A stretch of 64,000 nucleotides of DNA, taken from the NCBI GenBank assembly GCA_044222475.1, contig JBGANF010000003.1:64001-128000 (forward strand), given 5' to 3'. Each line of letters opens with the position of its first letter. Position 1 is the first letter of the stretch. Source of the stretch: Polyangiaceae bacterium (GTDB lineage: Bacteria; Myxococcota_A; Polyangia; Polyangiales; Polyangiaceae). Position numbers and translations under genes: made by a program. Shown here in pieces: positions 28,602-37,555 of the stretch. Under the pieces are notes generated by a model. It was not told the DNA's origin and did not search any database. It worked only from the letters and a program-made list of their open reading frames with translations.

Positions 28602-29766
28602 TCGTGAGCTTCACCTTCTGCCCCGCGTTGACGGTCGTCTTGTCGAACGCGAAGCCGAGCGACGCGTTGCCGCCGATCCGCGAGCTGATGTCCTCCGCCG
28701 TGAGCGTCCAGTCGACCGCGGTCCCGTCCGCGTAGGGATCGAGATCGATCGTCTTCGATTCGCCGACGGCGAGCCACAGCGTCTGCATGCCGGCCTCCAC
28801 CGCGGCGTTGAAATAGACCTCGCTCTTGGGTTGGGTCACGCACGGCGCGTGTCCGGAGCGAGCGCTCTTGTTCGACCACCCGCGTTGGACCGAGAAGGTG
28901 CTCTCGACCATCGTCTCGAAGCCCCAGGGGTAATCGCAGACGTCACCGTTCTCGCCGCCGTAGTAGAGCCAGCCGAAATCCTGCATCACCCACCCCTGAT
29001 CCTTGCCGGGGTGAGGATCCGTCGCCGCTTCGAGGAGCTCGTGGCTGCCGGCGACGGTGAGGAACGGCTCGCCGCTGCAGCGCGGCTCGATCGCGTAGGC
29101 GGTCTCGACGTACTGCACGCCGCCCTTCGGGAGTAGGGACGCCGAGTAGTGGTACGCGCCGAACCCCGAGCAGCTCGTGAGCTTGTCGAACTTGATCGTC
29201 GTCCCGGACGGGAACCAGATTTGGTAGACGGTCTGCTCGTCGGGCGGGGGGAACAGGCCGAGGTTGACGTGGTCCTGGATGAACTGGACGACGGTCGACC
29301 CGGTGCCGTCTTCGCTGTCGACCAGGCTCGCGGGCGGGGCCTCGTTCAAGACGACGTGGCCGCCGTTCGACCCCGGCCCGATGCACGGCGAGCCTTTGGG
29401 GAGGACGCAGTATTCGCTGGTCGTGTCGGTCCACCACGGGGTCTGGGTGATCGTGTCGCCGAAGAGCTGAAGCCGCGCGACGACCGCCGGGTTGTCGCTC
29501 GCAAAGGTCACGGTCACGACCTTCATCGACGTGAGCAGGGCCCCCCCCAGGTAGTCGAGGCCCGGCATCCGGGCCCCGGGGCTGAGCGGCGGGAGCGGCG
29601 GGACGTCCGGAGCGGCTTCGATCGCGGCTTCCTGGACGTCGGGGCCTGCGTCGATCGAGGCTTCCAACCCGGCGTCCGGTGGCGAGATCGTCACCCCGTC
29701 GTCGCCGCTGCAGGCGGCGCACGCGACGAGGATCCCAAGCCCGAGCGCGACCCAACTCCGAGCCAT
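28498..29766 (-). CDS. Lipoprotein with Phi-1/EXORDIUM-like domain
   Basis: Lipobox; YLGGALL, GAYH, SHELLEAATDP, GW, GENGDVC motifs. Confidence 0.65.
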   Translation of the reverse strand: MARSWVALGLGILVACAACSGDDGVTISPPDAGLEASIDAGPDVQEAAIEAAPDVPPLPPLSPGARMPGLDYLGGALLTSMKVVTVTFASDNPAVVARLQLFGDTITQTPWWTDTTSEYCVLPKGSPCIGPGSNGGHVVLNEAPPASLVDSEDGTGSTVVQFIQDHVNLGLFPPPDEQTVYQIWFPSGTTIKFDKLTSCSGFGAYHYSASLLPKGGVQYVETAYAIEPRCSGEPFLTVAGSHELLEAATDPHPGKDQGWVMQDFGWLYYGGENGDVCDYPWGFETMVESTFSVQRGWSNKSARSGHAPCVTQPKSEVYFNAAVEAGMQTLWLAVGESKTIDLDPYADGTAVDWTLTAEDISSRIGGNASLGFAFDKTTVNAGQKVKLTITLKSQPSKSVAPYVIHSQSSAGHHWWGAEVRSK

Positions 29767-29839
29767 GGACCATTCTCCCACGACCGGGGGGGCATGTCGG
29801 GATGAATATCGTATGATGTGCCGCACCAAGAGGTACCCG

Positions 29840-30790
29840 ATGTCGCGCGCTCGCCTTGCTTCCCTCGCGTCCGTTTCTTTCGCACTGGTCGTCGCCTGTG
29901 GCGGCGCGACCGAGACCAACCTGTTCGATCCCCCGCCCAACGGCACGAACGACGGCGGCAAAGTGGACTCCGGGATCGAAACCGGTCCCATCCCGGACGG
30001 AAGCAACTGTGGCGCCTGCGGCGCTCCGGCGCCGCCCGGGTTCCACTACGTGCGCTACGCCGAGGATCGCAACGGCGCTTGCCCGTCCGGGACGACCACC
30101 ATCGACGTCGTGAGCAACTTGTCCGACTCGGTCGCCTGCAAGTGCACGTGCACTGCCAACACTCCCGACTGCTCTCTCGGAAACCTCACCCGCTCTTCGG
30201 ACTTCGATCCGAACAACGCGACCTGCAACCAGACCGGGACCACGCTCACCGCGTCCGCCCCGAACTGCACCCCGTTCAACAACTTCACCATCCAGCTCGG
30301 CAACCACATCAAGGTGAACCCGCCGGTCATCCAGGGCACCTGCACGACGGAAGCGAAGCCCGACCTGTCGGGCATCAAGGCGACGCAGGGTCGCGTGTGC
30401 GACGCACCCGCGGAGTGCAGCGGCATCGTGTGCGGCGGACCGAAGAAGTGCATCGCGCAGCAGGGAGACGTCGCGTGCCCGGCCGGCTTCGGCAACAAGA
30501 CGCTCGTCGGCACCGGAGCGAACGCCAAGTGCGAAGCCTGCCCCGACTGCAAAGCCGACGTGCAGTGCACCGGCACCCTCTCGTTCTTCACGAACCAACA
30601 GTGCACGACCGGCCAGATCGACATGACGGCCGACAGCCAGTGCGTGAACCGACCGGTGAACTCGGGCGGCGTGGGTTACGTCGCGTACAAGTACAAGGGA
30701 AGCGTCAAGTCGGCGACCTGCACGCCGACGGGTGACACCAAGGGCGCCACCGTGCTCGAGGGTCAGACGACGATCTGCTGCGCGAATTAG
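29840..30790 (+). CDS. Cys-rich lipoprotein
   Basis: LVVAC lipobox; many Cys (CKCTC...TICC), typical of myxobacteria; TATGAT and AAGAGG upstream. Confidence 0.8.
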   Translation: MSRARLASLASVSFALVVACGGATETNLFDPPPNGTNDGGKVDSGIETGPIPDGSNCGACGAPAPPGFHYVRYAEDRNGACPSGTTTIDVVSNLSDSVACKCTCTANTPDCSLGNLTRSSDFDPNNATCNQTGTTLTASAPNCTPFNNFTIQLGNHIKVNPPVIQGTCTTEAKPDLSGIKATQGRVCDAPAECSGIVCGGPKKCIAQQGDVACPAGFGNKTLVGTGANAKCEACPDCKADVQCTGTLSFFTNQQCTTGQIDMTADSQCVNRPVNSGGVGYVAYKYKGSVKSATCTPTGDTKGATVLEGQTTICCAN

Positions 30791-30819
30791 TCGACGGAGG
30801 GCTAGTATTCCCGCCGTCG

Positions 30820-31488
30820 ATGTTGCCCACCCATAGTGGCCAACCCCCATTGGAAGAAGGCAGCCTCTTCGCGCCGGCCCCGACCGAGATCGGGAGCCCG
30901 CAGAGCGTCGAAGGGACGACTGCCGACGCTGGCGGGCTGATCGCGCTCATCGGCCCGTTCGCGGTCGTGCTCGGCGGCGTGTGCGGCGTGGCGGGCTTCT
31001 TCCTCACCGCCGCGTGGCTTCACTCGTCGAACCCGGCGATGGGGGACCTGCAGCTGATGCTGAGCGCGATCGTCGTCGGCGCGATCGCCGGCGTCGGCGG
31101 GTACCTCGGCGGGCAACGTTGGGGCTCGGCCCCACCGGAGGTGAAGGAGCTCACGTACATCGGGCTGCGCGGCGCCGCGCGCGTGTACCGCGTGGGTCCC
31201 CCCGACGTCGTCTGCTTCCGCGACGTCGCGCGCGTTCAAGTCGAGGATCGAAGGCGTGACGACAACGTCGTCGAGCGCACGTGGACGTTCATCGACTTCG
31301 AGGGGAAGACTCGCTTCACCGCGCGCGGGCAGAGCACCCTGCAGCCGAGCTCGATCGATCCCGCTCAGGGCAAGCTCGACCTCGCGTGGCACTTCGGAGC
31401 CGCGGTGGCGGCGGCGGTGCAAGGCGCCCTCGCCAACCCGTCGATGAGGCCGCCGGCGCCGCCTTCCGCGGGGGACGACCTCGACTAG
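30820..31488 (+). CDS. Hypothetical two-TM membrane protein
   Basis: Two hydrophobic helices followed by a soluble domain. Confidence 0.65.
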   Translation: MLPTHSGQPPLEEGSLFAPAPTEIGSPQSVEGTTADAGGLIALIGPFAVVLGGVCGVAGFFLTAAWLHSSNPAMGDLQLMLSAIVVGAIAGVGGYLGGQRWGSAPPEVKELTYIGLRGAARVYRVGPPDVVCFRDVARVQVEDRRRDDNVVERTWTFIDFEGKTRFTARGQSTLQPSSIDPAQGKLDLAWHFGAAVAAAVQGALANPSMRPPAPPSAGDDLD

Positions 31489-31491
31489 CGG

Positions 31492-31520
31492 GCACCCCGG
31501 ACTTCAGTCCGGGGCGCTCA
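31492..31520. repeat. REP-like palindrome (same family as 2517-2545)
   Basis: GCACCCCGGACTTCAGTCCGGGGCGCTCA, 28/29 identical to 2517-2545; lies between convergent genes, and the terminal TCA is the proS stop. Confidence 0.85.
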
Positions 31521-33239
31521 GAGCAGAGCCTTCACCCGCTCGCCGATGACGCGCGACGCGTCGGCGACTGGCACGAGCTCGGCCTTCTTCGGATCGGGCT
31601 CGCTCCGCGGCTTGAGCTCGAAGTTTCCGCCGGCGAGACCCTTGCCGCCGATGGTGACCCGCAGCGGGCACCCGATGAGGTCGGCGTCCTTGAACTTCAC
31701 GCCCGGGCGCTCGTCCCGATCGTCCCAGAGGACCTCGATGCCCTGCGCCTCGAGATCGGCGACGAGCTTCGTCGCCGCCGACGTGACCGCCTCGTCGGTG
31801 CCGATCGTGCAGACGTGCACGTGGTACGGCGCGAGGCTCATCGGCCACCGGATGCCGTTCTCGTCGTGGTGCTGCTCGATCGCGGTCGCGACGAGGCGCG
31901 ACACGCCGATGCCGTAGCAGCCCATGATGATGGCCTTCTCTTCGTTCTTCTCGTCGAGGAACGTCGCCTTCATCTTCGTCGAGTAGTGGGTACCGAGGAT
32001 GAAGATGTGTCCCGCCTCGATGCCTTTGTAGAGCGTGAGCGGCTTGCCGCAGCTCGGGCATGGATCGCCGCTGGCGGCCATGCGCACGTCGACGACCTCG
32101 GCCTGGAAGTTGAGGCCGTAGTTGACGCCCATGAGGTGGTAGTCGGTCTCGTTCGCGCCGGTGAACCCGTTGCGAACCTGCGACGCGGCGCGATCGATCA
32201 AGACCTTGCCCTTGAAGCCGACCGGTCCGGCGAAGCCCACCTTGGCGCCGGTGGCCTTCACGACGTCGGCCTCGCCCGCGAGGAACACTTCGGCGACGCC
32301 GAGCGCGCGGGCGAGCCGCACCTCGTTCACCTCGTGATCGCCGCGGAGGACGACCATCACGAGGTCGGTCGCGCCGGCGTACGTATAGAGCAGCGACTTG
32401 TACATCTGCGTCGCCGGCACGTTCAGGAACTTCGAGACCTCGGCGATGCTGCCGACGTTCGGCGTGTGGACCTTGCGGGTCGGGAGCGTCGTCGCCTTCG
32501 CGTTGGCCGGCGTCTCCAGCGTCTTCACGACCGCCGCTTCGACGTTGGCTGCGTACGAGCACGAGTCGCACGCGACGATCGCGTCTTCGCCCGAGTCGAC
32601 GAGGACCTGGAACTCGGCGCTCGTGTCGCCGCCGATCGCCCCGGAGTCCGCGGCTACCATGCGGTAGCGGAGCCCCATGCGATCGAACGTGCGCGAGTAC
32701 GCGACGCGCATCGTCTCGTAGCTCTTCTTCGCGCCGTCCTCGGTGACGTCGAACGAGTACGCGTCCTTCATGATGAACTCGCGACAGCGGAGGAGACCGC
32801 CACGCGGCCGCGGCTCGTCGCGGAACTTCGTCTGGATCTGGTAGAGGTTCTTCGGCATGTCGCGCCAGCTCTTGATCTCGCGGCGCGCGATGTCGGTGAC
32901 GATCTCTTCGTGGGTCGGCGCGAGGTTGTAGTCGCTGCCCTTGCGATCCTTCAGCCGGAGGAGCACGTCCCCGTAGACGTCCCAGCGGCCGGTCTCCTTG
33001 TAGTACTCGGCCGGGAGGAGCACCGGCATGAGGATCTCTTGCGCGCCCGCGCGGTCCATCTCTTCGCGGACGATGCGCTCGACCTTGCGAAGGACGCGGA
33101 GCCCGAGCGGGAGGAAGTCGTAAATCCCGGCGCCGACGCGGCGGATGTAGCCGCCGCGGAGGAGAAGAACGTGGCTCACGTTCGTGGCGTCGGCCGGGGC
33201 CTCTTTGACCGTCGGGATGAGGGCGCGTGAGAAGAGCAT
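31518..33239 (-). CDS. proS: Proline--tRNA ligase with insertion editing domain
   Basis: SHVLLLRGGYIR, LAPTHEE, QIQTKFRDEPRPRGGLLRCREFIMKDAYSF, GHIFILG, MGCYGIGVSR, GVKFKDADLIG. Confidence 0.97.
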   Translation of the reverse strand: MLFSRALIPTVKEAPADATNVSHVLLLRGGYIRRVGAGIYDFLPLGLRVLRKVERIVREEMDRAGAQEILMPVLLPAEYYKETGRWDVYGDVLLRLKDRKGSDYNLAPTHEEIVTDIARREIKSWRDMPKNLYQIQTKFRDEPRPRGGLLRCREFIMKDAYSFDVTEDGAKKSYETMRVAYSRTFDRMGLRYRMVAADSGAIGGDTSAEFQVLVDSGEDAIVACDSCSYAANVEAAVVKTLETPANAKATTLPTRKVHTPNVGSIAEVSKFLNVPATQMYKSLLYTYAGATDLVMVVLRGDHEVNEVRLARALGVAEVFLAGEADVVKATGAKVGFAGPVGFKGKVLIDRAASQVRNGFTGANETDYHLMGVNYGLNFQAEVVDVRMAASGDPCPSCGKPLTLYKGIEAGHIFILGTHYSTKMKATFLDEKNEEKAIIMGCYGIGVSRLVATAIEQHHDENGIRWPMSLAPYHVHVCTIGTDEAVTSAATKLVADLEAQGIEVLWDDRDERPGVKFKDADLIGCPLRVTIGGKGLAGGNFELKPRSEPDPKKAELVPVADASRVIGERVKALL

Positions 33240-33266
33240 GGCTGGACGGACGGGATACCACGGATC

Positions 33267-33316
33267 GAGAGAGAGAGAGAGCGGGAGCGGGGCGGGAGCG
33301 GGAGCGGGAACGGGAG
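33267..33316. repeat. (GA)n + GGGAGC hexamer tract
   Basis: GAGAGAGAGAGAGAGCGGGAGCGGGGCGGGAGCGGGAGCGGGAACGGGAG; same hexamer as 427-518. Confidence 0.75.
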
Positions 33317-34582
33317 TCAGCGTTGGCGGCGCTGTTTCGGTCGCTCGTCCGCTTCCTCGTCCTCCGCCTCTTCTTCTTCCTGAGTCGCTCGCTGGTCGAC
33401 GCGGATGCGGTCGTCGTCGCCGACTCGGACGTGGACGTCGACCGGCGCGGACTCCTCCTCTGCTTCGACGCGCTCGAAGGCTCGCCCCATCGCGTTCGAC
33501 GCTCGGGTCCCCGCGTCGGCGACACGGCGCGCGGCTTCGCGAAGCTTCGGACCGAACACGAGGGACATCATCGTCAACAGGAGGGGAACGAAGACGCGCA
33601 CCACGACGACGACCGCGACGCGGGCGAGCACCAGCGCCAGCGTCACGAGGAGATGGATCGGCCACGGCATCGGTCCGCGCGAGCGGCGCCGCCGCAGCGC
33701 GCGCCGCGCGTCCCTTTCTTCGCGTCGCGCTTCACGCTCCGCCCGTCGCGCTTCTCGGCCGCGCGGTTTCGGTTCGGCCTTGGCGCTGCCCCTCCGCGGC
33801 GCAGCGCGTTCGACCGAAGGGATGACCGCGACACGTCGATCGGGATCCGGCTCGACCATGGCCGCGATCGCGTCGCGGAGCCCGGGGTCGACGCGCCCCC
33901 CGAGCGCCTGATCGAGGTCGAACGAGAGGCCCTTGTGAGGAAGGTCCTCGGGCTCTCGCCCGGTGAGCAGCGAGAGCGCGGTGGCGCCGATCGCGTACAC
34001 GTCGGAGCCCGGTCCCGCGCGACCCTGAAACTGCTCGGGCGCCATGTAGCCGAACGTCCCGACGACCGTGCTCCCTCCCTCGGGTCGCATCCGATCGCGT
34101 ACGGCGCCGAAGTCGACGAACGCGAACGAGCCGTTCGGTCGACGGATCACGTTCGCCGGCTTCAGGTCGCGGTGAATCACCGGCGGAGCTCGACCGTGGA
34201 GATACCGGAGCATCTCGCGCGCGTCGGAGAGGAGCCGCACCACGTCCGCCTCCGGCAGCGGCCCCTTCTTGCGCAGGACCGAAAGCGGGGTGCCCTCGAT
34301 CTTCTCCATCACGAGGTAGAGGATCCCGTCCTCCTCGAAGTGCTCGACGTACTTCGGCAGCATCGGGTGCGACAGCGACGCGAGGACCCGCGCCTCGCGC
34401 TCCGCGAGCTCGACGTCCTTCCACGACTTCGCGCCGCTCACGTCGAAGCGCTTGATCGCGACGGGGCGCCCCTCGCGCTTGTCGATGGCGTCGAGGGTCT
34501 TGCCTTGGGCTCCCGATCCGAGGACGCCGACGACGACGTAGCGTCCATCACGGAGCCCAGCGGGAAGACGACTCTCGGACAC
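33317..34582 (-). CDS. Ser/Thr protein kinase with C-terminal membrane segment
   Basis: GSGAQG, VAIK, HRDLKPAN, DFG, GTFGYMAPEQ. GTG 34582 is preceded by TACATT at 7 nt. Confidence 0.92.
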   Translation of the reverse strand: MSESRLPAGLRDGRYVVVGVLGSGAQGKTLDAIDKREGRPVAIKRFDVSGAKSWKDVELAEREARVLASLSHPMLPKYVEHFEEDGILYLVMEKIEGTPLSVLRKKGPLPEADVVRLLSDAREMLRYLHGRAPPVIHRDLKPANVIRRPNGSFAFVDFGAVRDRMRPEGGSTVVGTFGYMAPEQFQGRAGPGSDVYAIGATALSLLTGREPEDLPHKGLSFDLDQALGGRVDPGLRDAIAAMVEPDPDRRVAVIPSVERAAPRRGSAKAEPKPRGREARRAEREARREERDARRALRRRRSRGPMPWPIHLLVTLALVLARVAVVVVVRVFVPLLLTMMSLVFGPKLREAARRVADAGTRASNAMGRAFERVEAEEESAPVDVHVRVGDDDRIRVDQRATQEEEEAEDEEADERPKQRRQR

Positions 34583-34640
34583 GTCGGACAATGTAGTCCA
34601 ACTTCGCCTGCACGAGTCTCGGTTGCGGTACACTCCGAGG

Positions 34641-36194
34641 ATGCGCTCGCTTCTCTTCCCCGTCGCGTTCTTCGCGCTCGCCGCCGGCTGCAACAGCTCC
34701 ACCACCGACACGCCCGACTCGGGAACCCCCGACGCCGGCGGCGGACCGCTGTTGCTCCAACCGGGAGAGGTCGCCGAGCTCACCCTGGACGGAAGCGGCA
34801 TCGCCGGAGAGCACCTCGCGACGCCGACCGGCACCGAGAAGTTCGTCGTGATCCTCGCGTCCACGAAGATGGCGATCCAAGGCACCGAAGCGGGCTACTC
34901 GATCGACGCCTCCGCTGCCCCTGATCCGAGCGCGGGGCCCAGCACGATCGTCACCGGCTGCTCGATGACGAGCACGCCGTGGAGCTCGTCGACTCCGCCC
35001 AGCGAGACCGTCCCCACCGGCACCGCGCCGGCGATCGGCACGACGCGCACGATCACCATCTCGACCGGCATCGTCGGCGAGCCCGCCGACCTCAAGGTCA
35101 TCGCCACCGGGAAGACCGCCGTCGTCTGGGCCGACGTGACGCCGGCCCACCCCGCCGTCCTCGACGACACCTTCGTCCAGCAGTTCCTTGCCGACTTCGA
35201 GAACACGATCATGCCGCGCGAGCGCTCCGTGTTCGGCGTCGAGTCCGACCTCGACGCGGACGGCCACGTTCAGCTCGTGTTCTCGCCCCTCACGCGCAAC
35301 ACCGCCGTCGCGTTCTTCAGCGGCTGCGATCTCAAGGCCGACCTCGCCGGCTGCAACGTGAACAACGGCGGCGAGTTCCTCTACCTCACGCCGCCGAACG
35401 CGATCGACCCGCCGTACAACACGCCGGCGGCGATCAAGGAGATCCTCGCTCACGAGACGAGCCACATGATCCACTTCAACCGCAAAGTGTTGCGGAACAA
35501 GACTCCGAAGTGGACCGACAGCGGCTACATGATCGAAGGCATCGGCGGATTCGCGCAGGACGTGATCGGCTATCAAGCCGGCAACCTCTACGTGGCGATG
35601 GCCGGGCTCGATGGCATGTCGCAGTTCTCGCTCGCCGATACCCTCGTCGACAACCGCGCCTACGACACCAAGCGCGACGGCGTTCTCCGCGGCGGGTCGT
35701 ACCTCTTCGTCCGCTGGCTGTACGATCGCGCCGGCGGCGACACGGCGAACCCCGACGGGACGATCACCGGTGTCGGTGGCACGACGTTCCTGCGCGCGGC
35801 GCTCGATGCTTCACCGTCCGTCGCCCAGGCGCTCCCGGACCTCACCAAGGCCTCGGTCGCCGACATCACCACCGACTTCTACACCGCGCTCGCGATGAGC
35901 AACCGCGACGCGATGGGTGGGGTCGCACCGAAGAACGCGTGCTTCAGCTACCTGCCGACGGTGACGGATCCCGTGACGTCCAGTCAACGCGGCACCAACG
36001 TCTACGCGAAGTTCCACGGCATCCAGATGAAGGGCCCCACGGTCACCCCTCTCGCCAAGGCCGACGGCAAGATCCGCGTCGGCGGCGTCGACTACCTCCA
36101 GCTCGACGCCGTAGCCGACCAGAAGCAACTCGACTTCACCGTCACCCTCGACCCGAACATCGCGCCGCGGGTTCGCGTCGCGCGCATCAAGTAG
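34641..36194 (+). CDS. Zinc metallopeptidase lipoprotein (M30/hyicolysin-like zincin)
   Basis: LAAGC lipobox; FGVESDLDADG, NGGEFLYL, ILAHETSHMIHFN (HExxH), downstream IEG. Confidence 0.75.
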   Translation: MRSLLFPVAFFALAAGCNSSTTDTPDSGTPDAGGGPLLLQPGEVAELTLDGSGIAGEHLATPTGTEKFVVILASTKMAIQGTEAGYSIDASAAPDPSAGPSTIVTGCSMTSTPWSSSTPPSETVPTGTAPAIGTTRTITISTGIVGEPADLKVIATGKTAVVWADVTPAHPAVLDDTFVQQFLADFENTIMPRERSVFGVESDLDADGHVQLVFSPLTRNTAVAFFSGCDLKADLAGCNVNNGGEFLYLTPPNAIDPPYNTPAAIKEILAHETSHMIHFNRKVLRNKTPKWTDSGYMIEGIGGFAQDVIGYQAGNLYVAMAGLDGMSQFSLADTLVDNRAYDTKRDGVLRGGSYLFVRWLYDRAGGDTANPDGTITGVGGTTFLRAALDASPSVAQALPDLTKASVADITTDFYTALAMSNRDAMGGVAPKNACFSYLPTVTDPVTSSQRGTNVYAKFHGIQMKGPTVTPLAKADGKIRVGGVDYLQLDAVADQKQLDFTVTLDPNIAPRVRVARIK

Positions 36195-36195
36195 C

Positions 36196-37269
36196 TCAGG
36201 GCTTCGGCACCACCGGCGGCGCCGGCGGGACCACTGTCGCGATCGGCGGAGGCGTAGGGGCGCCGGCGTCCGCGCCGTCGGCGAGGAGCGCGGCGAGCTT
36301 CTTCTCGCGCGTGGCGTCGTCCATCTGCGTGAACTTCGTCGCGTCGATGGTCAGCATCGGCAGCTGGGCACTTCCGTTGAACGTCGGGAGCTTGCCGTCC
36401 CACTGCTGCATCATGCGGTACTGCAGGACGGTCGGCGAGACCGAGAGCCGGATGATCTCGTTCGCCTTCGCCTCGGCGCGCGCCTTGATGAGGACGGCGT
36501 CGGCTTCGCCCTGGGCCTTCTGTCGCGTCGCTTCGGCCTGACCGGTCGCCTGGGTGATGGCTTGCTCCGCTTCGGCCTTCACCTGGCGCACCTGGTTCTC
36601 GCTCTGGATCGCCTTCTGGGTCGCCTCCATCGCGCGGTTGATCGCGTCGGCGACGTTCTGCGGCAACCGCAGGGCTCCGTTGATCGTGAGCTGATCGATG
36701 ATGATGCCGTCCTTGCCGAGAACGGTTCGAATGTTGTCGTTCACGTCGACGAGCATCTTCGACTTGCCGGCGCCGTAGATCTCCTGGACCGGCATCTTCG
36801 AGGCGACGTCTTGGAACGCCTCGCGGATCGCGTTGCGCATGTATCCGTTGGCCAGGACGGCGAGGTCGTTCTGGCGGAAGCGGGCGTAAAGCTTCGGCGC
36901 CTGAGCGGCGTCGATGTGGAAGGACAGGCCGATGTCGGCGTTGACGTTCACGCCCTCGCTCGACGAGAACGTGATCGACTCGTCGACCGGCTGCCCCTCG
37001 TGGACGCTGGAGGTCCAGATGATGTTCTGCACGCTCGTGGGGAACTGGATGATCTGCTCGGTGAGCGGGTTGTAGAACACCCAGCCCACCGCGATCTCGG
37101 CGTCTTGCACGCCGCGCGAGCTACCCGCGAGCTTCACCTTCACGCCGACGTGACCCGCATCGATCCGCGTCGTCGTGGAGCAGCCTGCGATCCATACGAC
37201 GAGGAGCACCCCGAAAGCGATGATGTACCGTCGCGCTTTTCCAACCGCCGTGTTGATGTCGAACGCCAT
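36196..37269 (-). CDS. SPFH/band 7 (prohibitin-like) protein
   Basis: N-terminal TM, IDAGHVGVKV, A/E/Q-rich coiled coil, 'QWDGKLP'. Confidence 0.9.
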   Translation of the reverse strand: MAFDINTAVGKARRYIIAFGVLLVVWIAGCSTTTRIDAGHVGVKVKLAGSSRGVQDAEIAVGWVFYNPLTEQIIQFPTSVQNIIWTSSVHEGQPVDESITFSSSEGVNVNADIGLSFHIDAAQAPKLYARFRQNDLAVLANGYMRNAIREAFQDVASKMPVQEIYGAGKSKMLVDVNDNIRTVLGKDGIIIDQLTINGALRLPQNVADAINRAMEATQKAIQSENQVRQVKAEAEQAITQATGQAEATRQKAQGEADAVLIKARAEAKANEIIRLSVSPTVLQYRMMQQWDGKLPTFNGSAQLPMLTIDATKFTQMDDATREKKLAALLADGADAGAPTPPPIATVVPPAPPVVPKP

Positions 37270-37281
37270 GCGGCGAACGTC

Positions 37282-37521
37282 TCACAAGAGACGAAGCACC
37301 GCAAACAGGGTCGAGAGCGCGAGCACGCCGAGGATCGCGGCCGCACCCCAGAACCGGCTGTCGGCGCCGTTCAGCCACGGCTGCAAGAGAAAGAGCGCAA
37401 CGACCGTCACGAGCCCGAGGACGACCGCGACCCACGGCCGGCGGCGGCCGCCGCCCGACGCCGCCGCGCGGAGCCGCTCGTTCTCGGCGCGGAGGCTCTC
37501 TTTCTCGTCGCGATAGGCCAC
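37282..37521 (-). CDS. Small two-TM protein upstream of the SPFH gene
   Basis: GTG 37521: AYRDEKESLRAENERLR followed by two TM helices; TACGCT box 7 nt upstream. Confidence 0.6.
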   Translation of the reverse strand: MAYRDEKESLRAENERLRAAASGGGRRRPWVAVVLGLVTVVALFLLQPWLNGADSRFWGAAAILGVLALSTLFAVLRLL

Positions 37522-37555
37522 GTCCCGGAGCGTAGCACGCGCTATCCTGCGCTCC

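Noticed and set aside
31518..33665. N-terminally extended 715-aa ProS from the ORF track
   Set aside because: The extension overlaps the kinase gene and the hexamer repeat; ProS homology begins at ATG 33239.
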